Assembly: GCA_003971905.1 (NCBI GenBank)
Contig: RSEE01000011.1
Location: forward strand, 806,001 to 870,000
Reading direction: 5' to 3'
Length of the DNA stretch: 64,000 nt
Origin: Moniliella sp. 'wahieum'
Taxonomy: Eukaryota
Made by a program: the position numbers and the translations under genes. This document shows, piece after piece, positions 61,949 to 64,000 of the stretch; the stretch's first letter is position 1, and every line of letters starts with the position of its first letter. The notes under the pieces are model-generated. The model worked only from the letters and a program-made list of their open reading frames with translations, made no database searches and was not told the origin of the DNA.

Positions 61949-64000
61949 GGCAGGCAAGCGGGAGCAGCACAGCGGCGGGGGCTGGCGTGGACGATGGGGA
62001 GGGTGGTGGTGGAGGGGGCGGTGGTGGTGGCGGTGGTGGCGATGGCGACGGTGCGGGTGGAGACGCGGGAGGCGAGTGGCTCGCGGTGGCCAGGCAGCAA
62101 CCAGCAGGACGAGGCGACGGGGGACAGCAGATGAGCAGCGCGTCTGTTCCCACCCTCTGCTCTCCTGCCAGCCTCGCCCGCCACGTCCACACAGCCCCCC
62201 TGCCCCCCCCCCCCCACGTGGAGGCATCCACCAGCCAATGCCCTTACGTAACACCCTCCCCTCGCCTCCAGCATTCAACGTTCAACATGCAAGGGCCACC
62301 GCTCAACGTTCAACGTTCAACTTTCCGGCTTCAAATTTCAATTGGCACATATTGCACCGATCCCGCCTTCACGCATCACGTGTTGGGACGGCCATCGCTT
62401 GGAACACTTGAAATGTAAACCCACCCCCCAGCCGGTGGCGCACATCCGTGGAGCCTGTCTCACTCACCTCCACGTCCTACCCCCGCATAGAGCATCCGCA
62501 TCAGAGCGAAAAAAAAGAGAAAAAAGAAGGTCGCGCCCACACCCACACCCACACTCCAACGACCGTTGGGACCAAGGAACGAAGCCGAGATGTGGTGCTT
62601 CTCGCTCAAGAGCTTCCACGTTTCTCCCTCGCCCAGTAAAACATGTCAAAAAGCTGTAAGCACACAATACGAAACCGGTCGGGGCTCTGAGCTCCTGGCA
62701 GATTCTGTCCCACCGCCGCGCGCCGGAGATGTGTGTTGTTCTAGTTGGGTTCGGTTCCATACGGGCGGATACGTTCCGATGCCCAGTGCCCCAACCGAGG
62801 CACCTTAGGCCTTATTAGGTCAACGTTCAACTTTTCTAACTCCCAGCACTCACCGGTCACCACGTACTGTTCCCCGAGTTTTCAGTCCTTGCAGGTCCCT
62901 GCCCTGCGAGCACGGAAGCTGCTCCGGCTCGAGATCGGTGGTACAGAGCTGCCGTTAGGCCCTAGGCTCAAAGGGGAAGCTTTTCGGAGTAAGGAGGAGA
63001 GGGTCTTGCTTGGTATGGAGGAGAGGGACTTACCGCTGTTGAGTCCCTCCGTACTGCGTACAGAGAATCACACCAAGAGTTTTGTGTGCATCTTTTTGGG
63101 TTGCTACTGCCCAAGCCCATGTGTCAGGCAGCAGGCACCGTGCGGAGAAGAGACTATTGCGCAGCACTGGCGCGGCACTGGCGCGGCTACTTTTGAGAAT
63201 CCGTGGATGCTCGTAACGCGTAACGCCTAACAGCTAAAGTCTATTACCATCTACCGCCTAAGCCCCTGAGCTTGTCTGCACGTCACCCATTATCGAACCC
63301 CAGTTCTATACCCGTCGGATCTCTGCCCCGCTTCTTTCACACCATTGTCAGAACGAAATGGAGATGCGAGCCCGTCGAAATCAAGTGGAGGGGTGCGCCA
63401 TGGAGCGCATATTGCCAGCTCAGCGCTCAACGTCATATACCAGCCCCATGTTGCTGTTGTTTTGCTCGGCTCAGCTCCGCGCGTCAAGTCCGGGCGGAGC
63501 GGTCTAACTGCAGATCGGAGTTGATGCACAGTGTTCCTACTTTCGTAATAGCAAGGCTCGAAGCGCCATTCACCGTTCACGCTTCAAGAGCTTCAAGCAG
63601 GCTCGCGCTCAAGCTTCAAGCCACAAGCCACAAGGACCAATCACTAAAACCACGTTTTTTTCAACGAGCGCGGGTTGGCGCCAGTTGAGAATTGGCGGGG
63701 TTTGTGTTGGTTGCAAAATGCGTTGCGGCTCTGGGTCGTGCTCATTGATGGAGATGGGTGAAGTACGGTGAATATACTACGGTACCTGCCGAGTCAGCTA
63801 TTTTGGCCAGGTAACCTACCCAGACTGGGTCGAGATTGGGACGGAGGCTGAGGGCCTGAAGCTCACATGCTCACGCTTGCGAATGGGACCAGCGCAGCCA
63901 GCTATATATCTCCAGGGAGGGGGGGATGCACTAGGGAGCTGTGTGTGTATAGATGGTCCGCTGGCTGTCTACTGTCTTGGCCTGTGGGGTCGCAGCTGGC

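Overview
GC-rich, intron-containing fungal DNA. By inference it is a basidiomycete, probably Ustilaginomycotina, judged from splice signals, gene content and intergenic heptamer repeats. Frequent 1-bp indels break even essential genes (RLI1, RPB9, RPL16, SEC24), most likely from an unpolished long-read assembly, so gene boundaries are approximate. Genes in order: LRR-DH-PH RhoGEF, O-GlcNAc transferase, Ariadne RBR E3 ligase, RLI1/ABCE1, a small spliced gene, RPB9, tRNA-Thr(AGT), two secreted-protein genes, tRNA-Pro(AGG), a 2.7-kb copia-derived LTR element, a Pcl-type cyclin, SH3-RasGEF, mitochondrial Met-tRNA formyltransferase, divergent RPL16/RPL32, SEY1, a lactonase, an Nramp transporter, a pirin-like protein and SEC24. 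Highlights: (1) a very young non-autonomous LTR element carrying only a catalytically dead integrase; (2) a pirin that has lost all four iron ligands; (3) many different intergenic 7-bp tandem repeats sharing a TGA/TAA+N4 rule; (4) a tRNA-bracketed pair of Kex2-site secreted proteins; (5) a Helitron-like 3' end.
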